A stretch of DNA of 20,000 nucleotides from an uncultured virus (IMG/VR IMGVR_UViG_3300043428_000060). Lineage: Duplodnaviria > Heunggongvirae > Uroviricota > Caudoviricetes. The position numbers were made by a program, and so were the translations under genes. Shown piece by piece: positions 9,467-18,226 of the stretch. Under the pieces are notes generated by a model that saw nothing but the letters and a program-made list of their open reading frames with translations, had not been told where the DNA came from and searched no databases. The DNA lies in the IMG/VR virus record IMGVR_UViG_3300043428_000060, one strand, 5' to 3'. How positions within the stretch are numbered: the stretch's first letter is position 1; the number at the start of each line of letters is the position of its first letter.

Positions 9467-9481
9467 TGTTTATTAATTTAA

Positions 9482-9652
9482 TTAAATATCTTTGCTATTG
9501 TTTTTATTTCTCATTGTCTCGAATATTTTCAATCCGGTATATAATATTGAGAATACTAATAACACTATTTTTAAAGTGTTTTCAATATTTGAAAAACTTA
9601 ATGCCATTGATATGGTGTTTATGATTCCTATCTTTAGATCGTTATTGTTCAT
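9482..9652 (-). CDS. Small membrane protein, holin/antiholin candidate (not in ORF track)
   Basis: Manual translation MNNNDLKIGIINTISMALSFSNIENTLKIVLLVFSILYTGLKIFETMRNKNNSKDI (56 aa); hydrophobic segments; immediately upstream of the endolysin. Confidence 0.65.
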   Translation of the reverse strand: MNNNDLKIGIINTISMALSFSNIENTLKIVLLVFSILYTGLKIFETMRNKNNSKDI

Positions 9653-9842
9653 GCTTGGACTTATATATACGTTCTACAATATCTGTCACTCCTTGTAGCG
9701 ATATATAAGCTGTAGCTATTATCACCCAATCATTGCTTTCTATACTGCCTGAAAATAAAGCTATAGAAGCTATTGCAAATACGGTTAATTTTCTACTAAC
9801 CCATTTGTTTAAAAACAAATCTATTTTTTCTTTTCTACTCAT
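9642..9842 (-). CDS. Holin candidate (2 TM)
   Basis: 66 aa; SRKLTVFAIASIALF and WVIIATAYISLQG hydrophobic segments, within the lysis cassette. Confidence 0.65.
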   Translation of the reverse strand: MSRKEKIDLFLNKWVSRKLTVFAIASIALFSGSIESNDWVIIATAYISLQGVTDIVERIYKSKHEQ

Positions 9843-9979
9843 TATTTCCCTTGACCTTTATATGATTTCTTATAATTTTTAGAATCTTTAAGACTTGATG
9901 TCTTTGATTTAGCATGAACACCTGGTCTACTTATTTTTTTCTTCTCTAACTTAATAGATTCGTTTTTTGCTTTTGCCAT
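9842..9979 (-). CDS. Small basic protein (not in ORF track)
   Basis: Manual translation MAKAKNESIKLEKKKISRPGVHAKSKTSSLKDSKNYKKSYKGQGK (45 aa); TAATG-coupled to the next gene. Confidence 0.75.
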   Translation of the reverse strand: MAKAKNESIKLEKKKISRPGVHAKSKTSSLKDSKNYKKSYKGQGK

Positions 9980-9989
9980 TATTTTATTA

Positions 9990-10448
9990 TTAAGGTTGTG
10001 TAAATACTAATCCGCCACCAATTCCACTATTCTGCGCTTGTGACAAACTCGCTGTATAAGAATAAACACCTGGCGATAATACTAAAGCTGATGAATCTGT
10101 TGTTCCGGTTGTTTTAGATCTAACAGCTGACCTTGTATTGCCCCCAATATTAATATTTGCTGTAACTGTAGGCGTTCCGTTTATAATAGTTGCTCTAGCA
10201 TAAAATGTAGCGCTTGATCCAGTTATAGTTATTGTTCCGGATCCACTATTACTACTTAATGTTGTATAACTCCAAAAATATGTTCCTGTTATTACAACAC
10301 TGTTATTACTATATCCATAAAAATCAGATATTTTATCAGGCGTTGAAAACCCGGCCTGAGCGCTTAATGCTCTAAGCGACCCATTGCTAGTACCTAATTC
10401 ATTGCGAATTTGATTTATGGATAAAGGTCCTGATACTGGTAATGCCAT
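9990..10448 (-). CDS. Tail-fibre-associated distal/adhesin-like protein
   Basis: 152 aa; N-terminal MALPVSGPLSINQIRNELG...ISDFYG module commonly seen after fibres, then an S/T/G-rich beta domain. Confidence 0.55.
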   Translation of the reverse strand: MALPVSGPLSINQIRNELGTSNGSLRALSAQAGFSTPDKISDFYGYSNNSVVITGTYFWSYTTLSSNSGSGTITITGSSATFYARATIINGTPTVTANINIGGNTRSAVRSKTTGTTDSSALVLSPGVYSYTASLSQAQNSGIGGGLVFTQP

Positions 10449-10460
10449 AACTTATTATAT

Positions 10461-10826
10461 TTATACTGTTGGCGGGATTGGTGTAGGTTCAGGTGTTGCC
10501 CAAGGAGAAGGAACAGGTTCATACATAGGATGAATCTTTGCTTCAATTTGTTTTGCAATGCGTTCTTGCATGTGAGCAATATCTGCCGTAGCCTCTAACC
10601 AAGCAACTACTTCGTCTGGAGTTAAATCAGCAAATGGAATATAATTTTCGGTGTCTTCTGGTAATGGCATTGGTGTTGCACCTGCAAATGATCCTTCTAT
10701 TCCATTTTCGTCTACACCTACATATTGGTATCTTACTCGGGTTACTACATCTGTTAAGCTACCTAATACTGGAGCTACTTCTAATTGCATCGTTTCGTTT
10801 GTTAAAAACGTATAAGTGATTGCCAT
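10461..10826 (-). CDS. Tail-fibre-associated protein (assembly/chaperone-like)
   Basis: 121 aa directly downstream of the fibre; IPFADLTPDEVVAWLE motif. Confidence 0.5.
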   Translation of the reverse strand: MAITYTFLTNETMQLEVAPVLGSLTDVVTRVRYQYVGVDENGIEGSFAGATPMPLPEDTENYIPFADLTPDEVVAWLEATADIAHMQERIAKQIEAKIHPMYEPVPSPWATPEPTPIPPTV

Positions 10827-10827
10827 A

Positions 10828-13800
10828 TTATTTGTTTATTAATTTATTTACTAATTCTTTTAATTCTTCTATTTGTGATTGCTGTTCTTTTATTGCTTCA
10901 ACTAATGCGGGCACTAATTTAGAGTAATTTACAGTTAAATAATTCTCCCCTGATTTAGATATTTTTTTTCCATACTCATTATAATCAGTATCAAATGGAG
11001 CAAGAGATACAATTTCAGGGAATTCTTTTTGAACTTCTTGAGCAGAAAGACCTAATTGCAACTCATCATTATTATATCCATTAGTTTTAGCTATATTGTT
11101 ATCTGTATAATAAAAACCATTCAAAGATAATATTTTAGACAATGCGTTTACAACATTCCCTTTTTTATCTTTTAATCTTTCATCTGAATAGTATGCTGTA
11201 ACATCTCCTGTAACCGCTAAATTCACTGCTAAACCAGAAGCACTACTTATATTCATTATTTGACCAGTACTACCCCACATATCTATCCAACCAGAATGCG
11301 GCCAGTTCATACTAAATGCAGATCCAGCACTATTATATCCAGATGTTTTTATTCCTCCTCTAGCATTTATTGATTGCCCAGTTGATGCTAAGTCAGCATA
11401 ATAAGAAGTGTCATTTGAATCGTAAAATATAGGGGCTCTAAAATCAGCAGTCGCATATACATTACCTGCGCTGGTAGATTTTAAAGCCCAGTTACCCGCA
11501 TTATTTAAAAACCCTATTTCATTACTATCATTAGCATAAGCATATCCCCTTAAAGAGGTTACATGCCCACCAGTATAAAACCTAATGGCCGAAACATTTG
11601 TAGTACTTGATGCATCCCAATATCCGTTTGTATTAGAAGACCAGTGTTGAGTTGTAGTTTGGTTATATAAACCCTCATTTGAATCATTATTTCTGAACCA
11701 ACCATTAGTATAATATTCTTGAGCAGTTATAGTATTTATATTGCTTGAAGAAGCTGGATCAACATAATACCCGGTATTATTTGAGTCATAAAAAATAGGG
11801 GAACGCATATCTCCAGTTACACTTAAGCTTCCTCCTACTGTAAGATTAAGTTTATTAACTCCATTAAGTTGAACTACAAAATCTGCTGCTGCAGCTCCGC
11901 CTGATCTAGTTGCTCCTAGTCTCCAAATATCTGAATACCATTTATAGTTAGTTCCTGATACTAAATCATTAGTCGTATATGAGCTAGGTAAATATGTACT
12001 TACCTCTCTACTTTCAGTTGCTGGAGCTATAAAATTATTTGCGGTTAAAACCCCCGTGTTTGGATTATACTTTAATGTACCTACTGTATAAAGAAATTCA
12101 GCAGCCGGGGAACCATTATTGGAATCTACAAAAGGAATATAAAAGTCCGCATTAGTTGTAACATAAGTAGTATTGACTGAAGCAGCATTACCTGTAATGT
12201 TAATGCCCCAATTACCTGATGCTCCTGTTCCATCTGCGAAAGCTAATGATTTGGTCCAGTTAATTAAATTACCATTACCTCCTCCAACTTTAACTCCAGC
12301 TGTTGAATAATCCATAGCTATGAATCCCTGCGTATCCGAACCGGCCCAAGCAAACATTGTTCCATAAGCATTTAATCCTGAAAGAGGCGCAGGAACATTA
12401 TTCCATCTTGAAGTAGATATTTGATATCCATTTGTAGTAGAGCCAAATAATGTGGTTCTAAAATTACTTGTTGTAAGAGTATCTATAAGCGCCGGAGCTG
12501 ATAGACTATCTCTTAATAATACTGTATTATTGGTTATGCTTGAAACTGTAACAGCATTTCCCGAAACACTAATTGGCCAAGTACCAGTAGGCGTTCCACC
12601 TAAAGTTAAAGATCCTGAAGTTGTAACGGTACCTGATAATGTTAATCCGCCGTAACCTCCTGTTCCTGAAACAGATGTTACAGTGCCTGTATTACTAGTT
12701 TTATTATTAAATGTATTCCAATCGGTACTTGATAAATAACCATTGCTTGCTATTCCGGCTTGAGTAATACTTATTGCTCCTGTTGCATTGTTATATGCAA
12801 TAGGCGCAGTTCCACTTAACGACGCTAATGTAATATAATTAGAGCCATTAGTTAATTGATTTGTATTAGTAGGTATTGTAATAACCCCTGTTGTACTATT
12901 ATAAGCACCACTTCCTGCTGTAAATGAAAGCGCAGAACGAGCTCTACTATTTATATAATATAAATTCGTAGATCCTTCAGAAATATTATCGGTAGTTAAA
13001 CTAACGGCACCTGTTTGACCATTAACGCTTACTACAGCATCGGTGTTATCTACTTGTTGCCAAGCAGTACCATCAAATATTACCCAGTCACCAACAAACC
13101 AATCTGTAATACCATCAAGATTTGTTGTACCTGCTACATTAACAATATAGTAATATCCTCTTGTTCCAACACCACTAGCTAATGCAGGAGTGTTTGTAGA
13201 AGCATTCCAAGTTCCTTGATAAATACTACTACCAATTAATCCATTGATTTGGTTTTGTAGTTTACCAAAAGCGGTAAGCATTGTATCAGTAGCCTGAACC
13301 GTGCCCCCTGTAATATTAACACCTGTTAATAGTTTACCAGTTACAGAAGCATTGTTTAAAGTTACCGCAGCGGCGCCAGGCCCTGAAGCAGTTGCTTCAC
13401 CTGTTAAGCTTGTAATATAATTACCTGAAGCTTGTTTGTTATTAAAAGTAGTCCAATCGGTTGAACTTAAATATCCATTCTGACTTCCGCTTGCTTGTTG
13501 AATTGTTATGTTTGGAGTAGATCCTCCACTTGAAGCTAATGGGCTACTAGCTGTCACGCCACCTACTTTTGTATTAAATGTTGACCAATCAGTAGCGCTT
13601 AATGCGCCACGATTAGCAGCACTTGCTGTTGGCACATTCAATGTAATTACAGGAGTTGTTGTTCCTGTAGCAACGGTAGATGATAAGTCAGTTCCGGATG
13701 TTCCTAATGTTAACGCAGCTACACTTGTTACTGTACCAACACTCCATGTTCTATTTGCTGATAAATCTTGTGCAGTGCCATTGATAGTTATTGTTCTCGC

Positions 13801-14445
13801 ATCCGTAACAGGAGTATATCCTAACCAACCTGGTATTGTTTTATTTACCCATAATGTGCCGTTATATCCAAGAACATCTCCATTTACAGGAGGAGTAGTT
13901 ATAATGTCCACATCGTGTATTTCTTTTAATTCAAAACCGTTTTGTACAGTTACAAAGATCTCGCCATTATTAGCATTTACCCTTGTAACTACTCCAATGT
14001 AAACTAAGTGAGCCGGAGCATAAGGTTTATTAGCTAATCCATAAATAAGATTACCATTAGTGCCTAACCATACTGGATCTCCAATTACAGCAGTTGATGT
14101 ATTAAGCCCTGCTAATTTTCCTATTTGCACAACATCGGCAAAACCATTAACAGCAACTGTAGCGTTAAGTAATCCTAAAGTTTTTGAAGAGGTGGCTTCA
14201 GAAGTATTTGATGCTAATCCGACAATTATATTTGTCCCATCGGCACCAGTAACATAGACAGCCTGCCCTTTATTTATAGCAACACCTGCTTTAACTTGGT
14301 TCTGAACGTCACTAGCAGTTGATGAGCCGGCATTAATCCAGCTTACTGTTGTACCGTTCGAAGATAGTATTTGTCCAGATGTACCATTAGCGCCTGAAGA
14401 ATCCTTCAGACCGGCTTGGACCTCTATATCACTTTTAAATTTCAT
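10828..14445 (-). CDS. Long tail fibre with C-terminal intramolecular chaperone (peptidase S74-type)
   Basis: 1205 aa, G/T/S/N-rich; YYSDERLK autocleavage motif, GLSAQEV, VNYSKLVPALVEAIKEQ coiled coil; VVSVNGQTGAV motif. Confidence 0.9.
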   Translation of the reverse strand: MKFKSDIEVQAGLKDSSGANGTSGQILSSNGTTVSWINAGSSTASDVQNQVKAGVAINKGQAVYVTGADGTNIIVGLASNTSEATSSKTLGLLNATVAVNGFADVVQIGKLAGLNTSTAVIGDPVWLGTNGNLIYGLANKPYAPAHLVYIGVVTRVNANNGEIFVTVQNGFELKEIHDVDIITTPPVNGDVLGYNGTLWVNKTIPGWLGYTPVTDARTITINGTAQDLSANRTWSVGTVTSVAALTLGTSGTDLSSTVATGTTTPVITLNVPTASAANRGALSATDWSTFNTKVGGVTASSPLASSGGSTPNITIQQASGSQNGYLSSTDWTTFNNKQASGNYITSLTGEATASGPGAAAVTLNNASVTGKLLTGVNITGGTVQATDTMLTAFGKLQNQINGLIGSSIYQGTWNASTNTPALASGVGTRGYYYIVNVAGTTNLDGITDWFVGDWVIFDGTAWQQVDNTDAVVSVNGQTGAVSLTTDNISEGSTNLYYINSRARSALSFTAGSGAYNSTTGVITIPTNTNQLTNGSNYITLASLSGTAPIAYNNATGAISITQAGIASNGYLSSTDWNTFNNKTSNTGTVTSVSGTGGYGGLTLSGTVTTSGSLTLGGTPTGTWPISVSGNAVTVSSITNNTVLLRDSLSAPALIDTLTTSNFRTTLFGSTTNGYQISTSRWNNVPAPLSGLNAYGTMFAWAGSDTQGFIAMDYSTAGVKVGGGNGNLINWTKSLAFADGTGASGNWGINITGNAASVNTTYVTTNADFYIPFVDSNNGSPAAEFLYTVGTLKYNPNTGVLTANNFIAPATESREVSTYLPSSYTTNDLVSGTNYKWYSDIWRLGATRSGGAAAADFVVQLNGVNKLNLTVGGSLSVTGDMRSPIFYDSNNTGYYVDPASSSNINTITAQEYYTNGWFRNNDSNEGLYNQTTTQHWSSNTNGYWDASSTTNVSAIRFYTGGHVTSLRGYAYANDSNEIGFLNNAGNWALKSTSAGNVYATADFRAPIFYDSNDTSYYADLASTGQSINARGGIKTSGYNSAGSAFSMNWPHSGWIDMWGSTGQIMNISSASGLAVNLAVTGDVTAYYSDERLKDKKGNVVNALSKILSLNGFYYTDNNIAKTNGYNNDELQLGLSAQEVQKEFPEIVSLAPFDTDYNEYGKKISKSGENYLTVNYSKLVPALVEAIKEQQSQIEELKELVNKLINK

Positions 14446-14455
14446 ATATTATATT

Positions 14456-15742
14456 TTATTTTTGTACCAATACTCTAATTGGATTAGTTGGCGTTGAAGC
14501 AAATGTTATAGTTACCGTATCGACAGTTGGTCTAGTTACATCTGCATATACTGTATCAAAAGTAACAGTATCATATAATTGAATCATTACATCTCTCGTA
14601 TTTAAACTATGCGTAACAGTTCCTGATGCTGATATAGTAGCTGCGTAAGATGTAGTTACCGGTGTGTATGACGATGCAATCGTTATTTCGTCTGTTGCCG
14701 CATCTGTTGTTATTGTAATTGAATTACCTGCGACTAAAGTAAGAGTATCGTTATTAGTATCTGCAACTACAGTTGATTGCCCAGCTACAGCTATATTCTT
14801 AAATATATTTTGAGAAGAACCTAAGTCCGTATTTGTAACCGTTGCTGTACCATTAGAATAAGCAACTCCAATACCAGTTCCAGCATTAACATTACCAATA
14901 CCAACCTGAGTTAGACTCGCAAGGTCAATGTTATTTTGAACTGTTGTCCAATCTGCTAATGTTGTTGGTGTATCTATTTCGGCAATTAAAACATCACCAA
15001 TTCTAACCTGTTCAGTGAAGAAAGAACCATCGGCAGTTACAGTCCAAGTAAATCCTTTTTTAATTGTACCGGTTGGGGGGGAATCTAAGTTAGGTGTATT
15101 AGTTGCAGCGTTATATCCTCCTTGATATATTAAACCGCCAGCTACGGAAGCATCGACATAAGCTTTACTTGCAGCATCAGTGCTTGCTACTGGTGTAGTA
15201 GGAATTGTAACTTGGCCACCAAAACTATTTTGCCCAGTTCCTGTTACAGTTAAAGAGTTAGCAATAACTACGTCGGCTTCTAGACTTATATCTATATCAG
15301 TTCCTACGCGAGATGTAATGATTTGATCTGTTGTACCATTAATTGATACAGTATCTCCATTTACAATGCTCACTGTTGAACCATCCTGATCACTAAGAGC
15401 CCAAACATAAATGCCACTAATTGCCGACCAGGTATTGTCTCCTCTTAAATACTTTGTATTATCAGGCGTACCTGTTGCATTTAGTGTAGCTTGTAGACTT
15501 ATTATATTACTTCCCGCAGCACTTAAATTAGTTAAATTAATGAATGTGCTGTTGTTTAGGTTTAATTGTTTTAACCCTATCCATCCAGATCCATCATGGT
15601 ATTTAAATGTATTTACATTCGTTGTGCTATCAAGATATATTTGCCCTTTAGCAGCCGTTGGTGCTGTAGACGCGACTTGAGCCTTTGCGTTTAGTAGCTG
15701 GTTATCGTTGAGGTTTACATTATTTAAAAATGGTATCGCCAT
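14456..15742 (-). CDS. Tail fibre/tail structural protein
   Basis: 428 aa, T-rich; PVASTDAASKAYVD fibre motif; shares a YQG..NA.TNTP.L module with the long fibre. Confidence 0.75.
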   Translation of the reverse strand: MAIPFLNNVNLNDNQLLNAKAQVASTAPTAAKGQIYLDSTTNVNTFKYHDGSGWIGLKQLNLNNSTFINLTNLSAAGSNIISLQATLNATGTPDNTKYLRGDNTWSAISGIYVWALSDQDGSTVSIVNGDTVSINGTTDQIITSRVGTDIDISLEADVVIANSLTVTGTGQNSFGGQVTIPTTPVASTDAASKAYVDASVAGGLIYQGGYNAATNTPNLDSPPTGTIKKGFTWTVTADGSFFTEQVRIGDVLIAEIDTPTTLADWTTVQNNIDLASLTQVGIGNVNAGTGIGVAYSNGTATVTNTDLGSSQNIFKNIAVAGQSTVVADTNNDTLTLVAGNSITITTDAATDEITIASSYTPVTTSYAATISASGTVTHSLNTRDVMIQLYDTVTFDTVYADVTRPTVDTVTITFASTPTNPIRVLVQK

Positions 15743-15744
15743 GG

Positions 15745-16440
15745 TTAGTTTAGATATGCTTTTCCAGATTCATCTCCAGAAAATGTTATTGTTAAGTTAT
15801 TTTCGTCTATATATACAACATCAGCAATTCCTACTTGCCCGGTAGATAATACCATTGTTACTGATGGAAATTTATTGAGATCATGCTCTATTATCCATGG
15901 ATTTGCAGGTGTATCTTGTGTGAATACAAATGTTTTATCACCAATTGGAAATGGATAGAACATAGACATGTCATAGTAAGCGTCTTCTATTAATTCACCA
16001 CTACCACCTATGTATTCCAGATTTAGTATATAGAACCCCGGCATTGTATCCGGAACGTAAGAAGTTATTTCGTAATGACCAAAGAAGCTTATTTCTTTTT
16101 GCTCAGAAATCATTATCTGAGAACCTATTATATAAGTAAGAAATTCTACGACATTTTGATTACTTAAATCATTCATTGCTACTCTTAAAGATGTGACCGC
16201 ACTGAATGGTGTTCCATCTCCTTCTAAGTCAATAAAAGATATAGTACCTTGTAAAGGATTTGCTGTAACAAACTGAAATGACATTTGACCTGCTATAGAG
16301 ATCTTGCCATGCCTATTAAGATAATCCGCAATGCTTTCCGCAGGGAAGTTTACCGTTTGTCTGTTTGAATATTTTGTACCAATAAATAAATCCTGATCTT
16401 CTACATTTTTATCTATTGGATAAGAATTACCTATTGCCAT
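15745..16440 (-). CDS. Putative tail structural protein
   Basis: 231 aa, acidic; C-terminal WIIEHDLNKFPSVTMV...LTITFS...GKAYLN module. Confidence 0.6.
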   Translation of the reverse strand: MAIGNSYPIDKNVEDQDLFIGTKYSNRQTVNFPAESIADYLNRHGKISIAGQMSFQFVTANPLQGTISFIDLEGDGTPFSAVTSLRVAMNDLSNQNVVEFLTYIIGSQIMISEQKEISFFGHYEITSYVPDTMPGFYILNLEYIGGSGELIEDAYYDMSMFYPFPIGDKTFVFTQDTPANPWIIEHDLNKFPSVTMVLSTGQVGIADVVYIDENNLTITFSGDESGKAYLN

Positions 16441-16451
16441 CTATTATTGTT

Positions 16452-16757
16452 TTATACAACCGTTATAGAGTACGAAACCCATGAGGTTGTGTTTGTTTTT
16501 TCGTATATTTTGAGTACAGATGAATTAGTACATTGTACTTTAAAACCAATCATTGCATTTGGGTATGCTAAATTTAAAGCTGCTGAGTTTAATGCTACAG
16601 ATGTAGAATTAGCCACAGTTGTAGTAGCAACTAAATTAACGATGTCCCCGATGTTAAATGAATTGGTGGTTGGTTCTTTGTTCTCTATAAACTTTGTACC
16701 AACTAAGGTATCTGTTATAGAAGGTACCGCTATTGGGTAACTTGATGTAATAGCCAT
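16452..16757 (-). CDS. Putative small tail structural protein
   Basis: 101 aa; N-terminus similar to ORF 15745-16440. Confidence 0.6.
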   Translation of the reverse strand: MAITSSYPIAVPSITDTLVGTKFIENKEPTTNSFNIGDIVNLVATTTVANSTSVALNSAALNLAYPNAMIGFKVQCTNSSVLKIYEKTNTTSWVSYSITVV

Positions 16758-16770
16758 GTATTATTATGTA

Positions 16771-17277
16771 TTAACAGTTCCACTTGTCTAATGCAAGCTT
16801 TTTCCTTGTTGGTTCTCCATTTGGTTTCTTCAAAGCGCCCGGCATACCAGACATTCTTGCACAAAAAGATTTACGTCTCTTTGCGTCTTTGCTGCCAGCT
16901 TTTAATTTAGATGGTTTAGTTGTAACCGCTGTCTGTAATTTACTGCCTGGATTCTCTCTTCTGTAGCTTGCTACTCCTTTTGCATTTAATCCTCCTTTAG
17001 GATCTTTACCTTCTTTACGTGTCCAAGCTGCAGTTTTTTTCAAAGGTGATCCTTCTCCAGCGCCGCAAGCACATTTATGTGATTTCATTTTTAAAGGCGA
17101 ATTATCAATAACACCTCTACCAATTAAAACATCTTTCTGTGTAACTTTACCGTCACCGCTTAAGTCTTTTAGTTTCTTCATAGGGCTAAGGCTGTTATCT
17201 CCTGCTGAATTACCAATCCAAAATCCATTATGTGTTCTAGTCCCTAATCCTTGAGGACCTACTCCTTTTACTCCCAT
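16771..17277 (-). CDS. Basic modular protein with EF-hand-like loop and conserved phage C-terminal domain
   Basis: 168 aa; DLSGDGKVTQKD loop; AWTRKEGKDPKGGLNAKG...RRKSFCARM...KWNC domain (DUF6321-like from memory); three SP(L/M)K motifs. Confidence 0.7.
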   Translation of the reverse strand: MGVKGVGPQGLGTRTHNGFWIGNSAGDNSLSPMKKLKDLSGDGKVTQKDVLIGRGVIDNSPLKMKSHKCACGAGEGSPLKKTAAWTRKEGKDPKGGLNAKGVASYRRENPGSKLQTAVTTKPSKLKAGSKDAKRRKSFCARMSGMPGALKKPNGEPTRKKLALDKWNC

Positions 17278-17278
17278 A

Positions 17279-17602
17279 TTACTTTATTTTATAATGTTTA
17301 CCGCTTTCTTTCTTAGTGCCTTCGCCTTCATTGCCACGGTTTTGTTTTACACTTTCCCATCTACCATCTTCATGATCCCAATCTTTGCCGTTACCGCTGG
17401 GGTCTTTACGATGCATCCTTTGCGCATGAGCTTTCTTTATTCTTCGCTCATCAGTCTTAGCAAAAGCTAAATCCCTAGCAGCTTTTTTCTTAGCAGCCAA
17501 AGGCGACAACTTCTGTTTTAATAAAGGTGATTCCCCTACTCCTTCAGCATAGACATAGTTAGCCTGCTTCAAAGGTGATTGTGATTTCAACTTGAATGCC
17601 AT
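17279..17602 (-). CDS. Basic protein with short HNH-like motif
   Basis: 107 aa; GKDWDHEDG...KQNRG; starts MAFKLKSQSPLKQ. Confidence 0.65.
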   Translation of the reverse strand: MAFKLKSQSPLKQANYVYAEGVGESPLLKQKLSPLAAKKKAARDLAFAKTDERRIKKAHAQRMHRKDPSGNGKDWDHEDGRWESVKQNRGNEGEGTKKESGKHYKIK

Positions 17603-17603
17603 A

Positions 17604-17744
17604 TTATTTCTTTTTAGCTTTTATCTTCTTTGCTTCTGCAAGCATTGCTTTGGTCGGTTTTTTACCAGAACCTTTAGCATCTCGGATATTATCCCACAGT
17701 CCGCGTTTTGACACAGATCCGTCTTTTCTTTTAAGTAGTTCCAT
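17604..17744 (-). CDS. Small lysine-rich protein
   Basis: Likely start at ATG 17744: MELLKRKDGSVSKRGLWDNIRDAKGSGKKPTKAMLAEAKKIKAKKK (46 aa). Confidence 0.7.
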   Translation of the reverse strand: MELLKRKDGSVSKRGLWDNIRDAKGSGKKPTKAMLAEAKKIKAKKK

Positions 17745-17754
17745 ACTACTGTTA

Positions 17755-17779
17755 ATTACGTGCGTTGACAAAATCTTAC
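17755..17779 (-). promoter_or_regulatory. Candidate late promoter GTAAGATTTT-N10-GTAAT at the head of the leftward operon
   Basis: Boxes and spacing identical to 8542-8566; 10 nt upstream of ATG 17744. Confidence 0.5.
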
Positions 17780-17780
17780 A

Positions 17781-17826
17781 GTGCGACAATAGCCCCCTAC
17801 TATATAATATAACACCCTAATGTCAC
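17781..17826. repeat. 46-bp element with inverted ends, copy A
   Basis: GTGCGACAATAGCCCCCTACTATATAATATAACACCCTAATGTCAC; 36/46 identical, ungapped, to 19468-19513. Confidence 0.8.
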
Positions 17827-17926
17827 ACTATTCGGTTAAAAATTATAATCTAATGACGTATACTTATTATAACAAATTGAAAAAAAATATTGTAAAAAAT
17901 TTTTTAGGGGTAGGTAAATTTTGATA

Positions 17927-18066
17927 AATGAGATATAGAGAAATAAAATTTAAAAAAACCGGGTCCCTCTGGATGAATTGAATGAGATATAGAGAATTTG
18001 AGAGTTATAGCACTATTTTGAACAGCATACCCGAAAAGGGAAATCAGTTTTCATTTACCGGGTCCC
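17927..18066 (+). repeat. Interleaved direct repeats in the divergent intergenic region
   Basis: AATGAGATATAGAGAA at 17927-17942 and 17981-17996; ACCGGGTCCC at 17958-17967 and 18057-18066. Confidence 0.8.
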
Positions 18067-18184
18067 CCGATTCTGTACAGGTTTACGGCATAGGTTTCGC
18101 CTTTCGGCTGTGTGATTGTGTTACAGTTAGCAATTCTAGTTGAGCTATTGTAGCTGCTGCAGCGCAGCGCGTAGCGTATAGCAT

Positions 18185-18226
18185 TTACAGTACCGACACG
18201 GATCGGTTGTGATAATATATATGTAA
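18185..18226 (+). promoter_or_regulatory. 42-bp motif copy 1 (putative phage early promoter)
   Basis: TTACA GTACCGAC ACG GATCGGTTG TGATAAT ATAT ATGTAA. Confidence 0.75.

Noticed and set aside
10828..14445. Diversity-generating retroelement or invertible shufflon acting on the tail fibre
   Set aside because: No reverse transcriptase or invertase, no near-identical TR/VR pair differing at adenines and no inverted cassettes seen; the repeats are diverged at the DNA level
199..17820. Plus-strand ORFs in the track (e.g. 199-384, 2113-2355, 2379-2786, 4004-4234, 7181-7438, 13508-14002, 16447-16740, 17596-17820)
   Set aside because: Antisense shadows of well-supported minus-strand genes, mostly with non-ATG starts and no motifs
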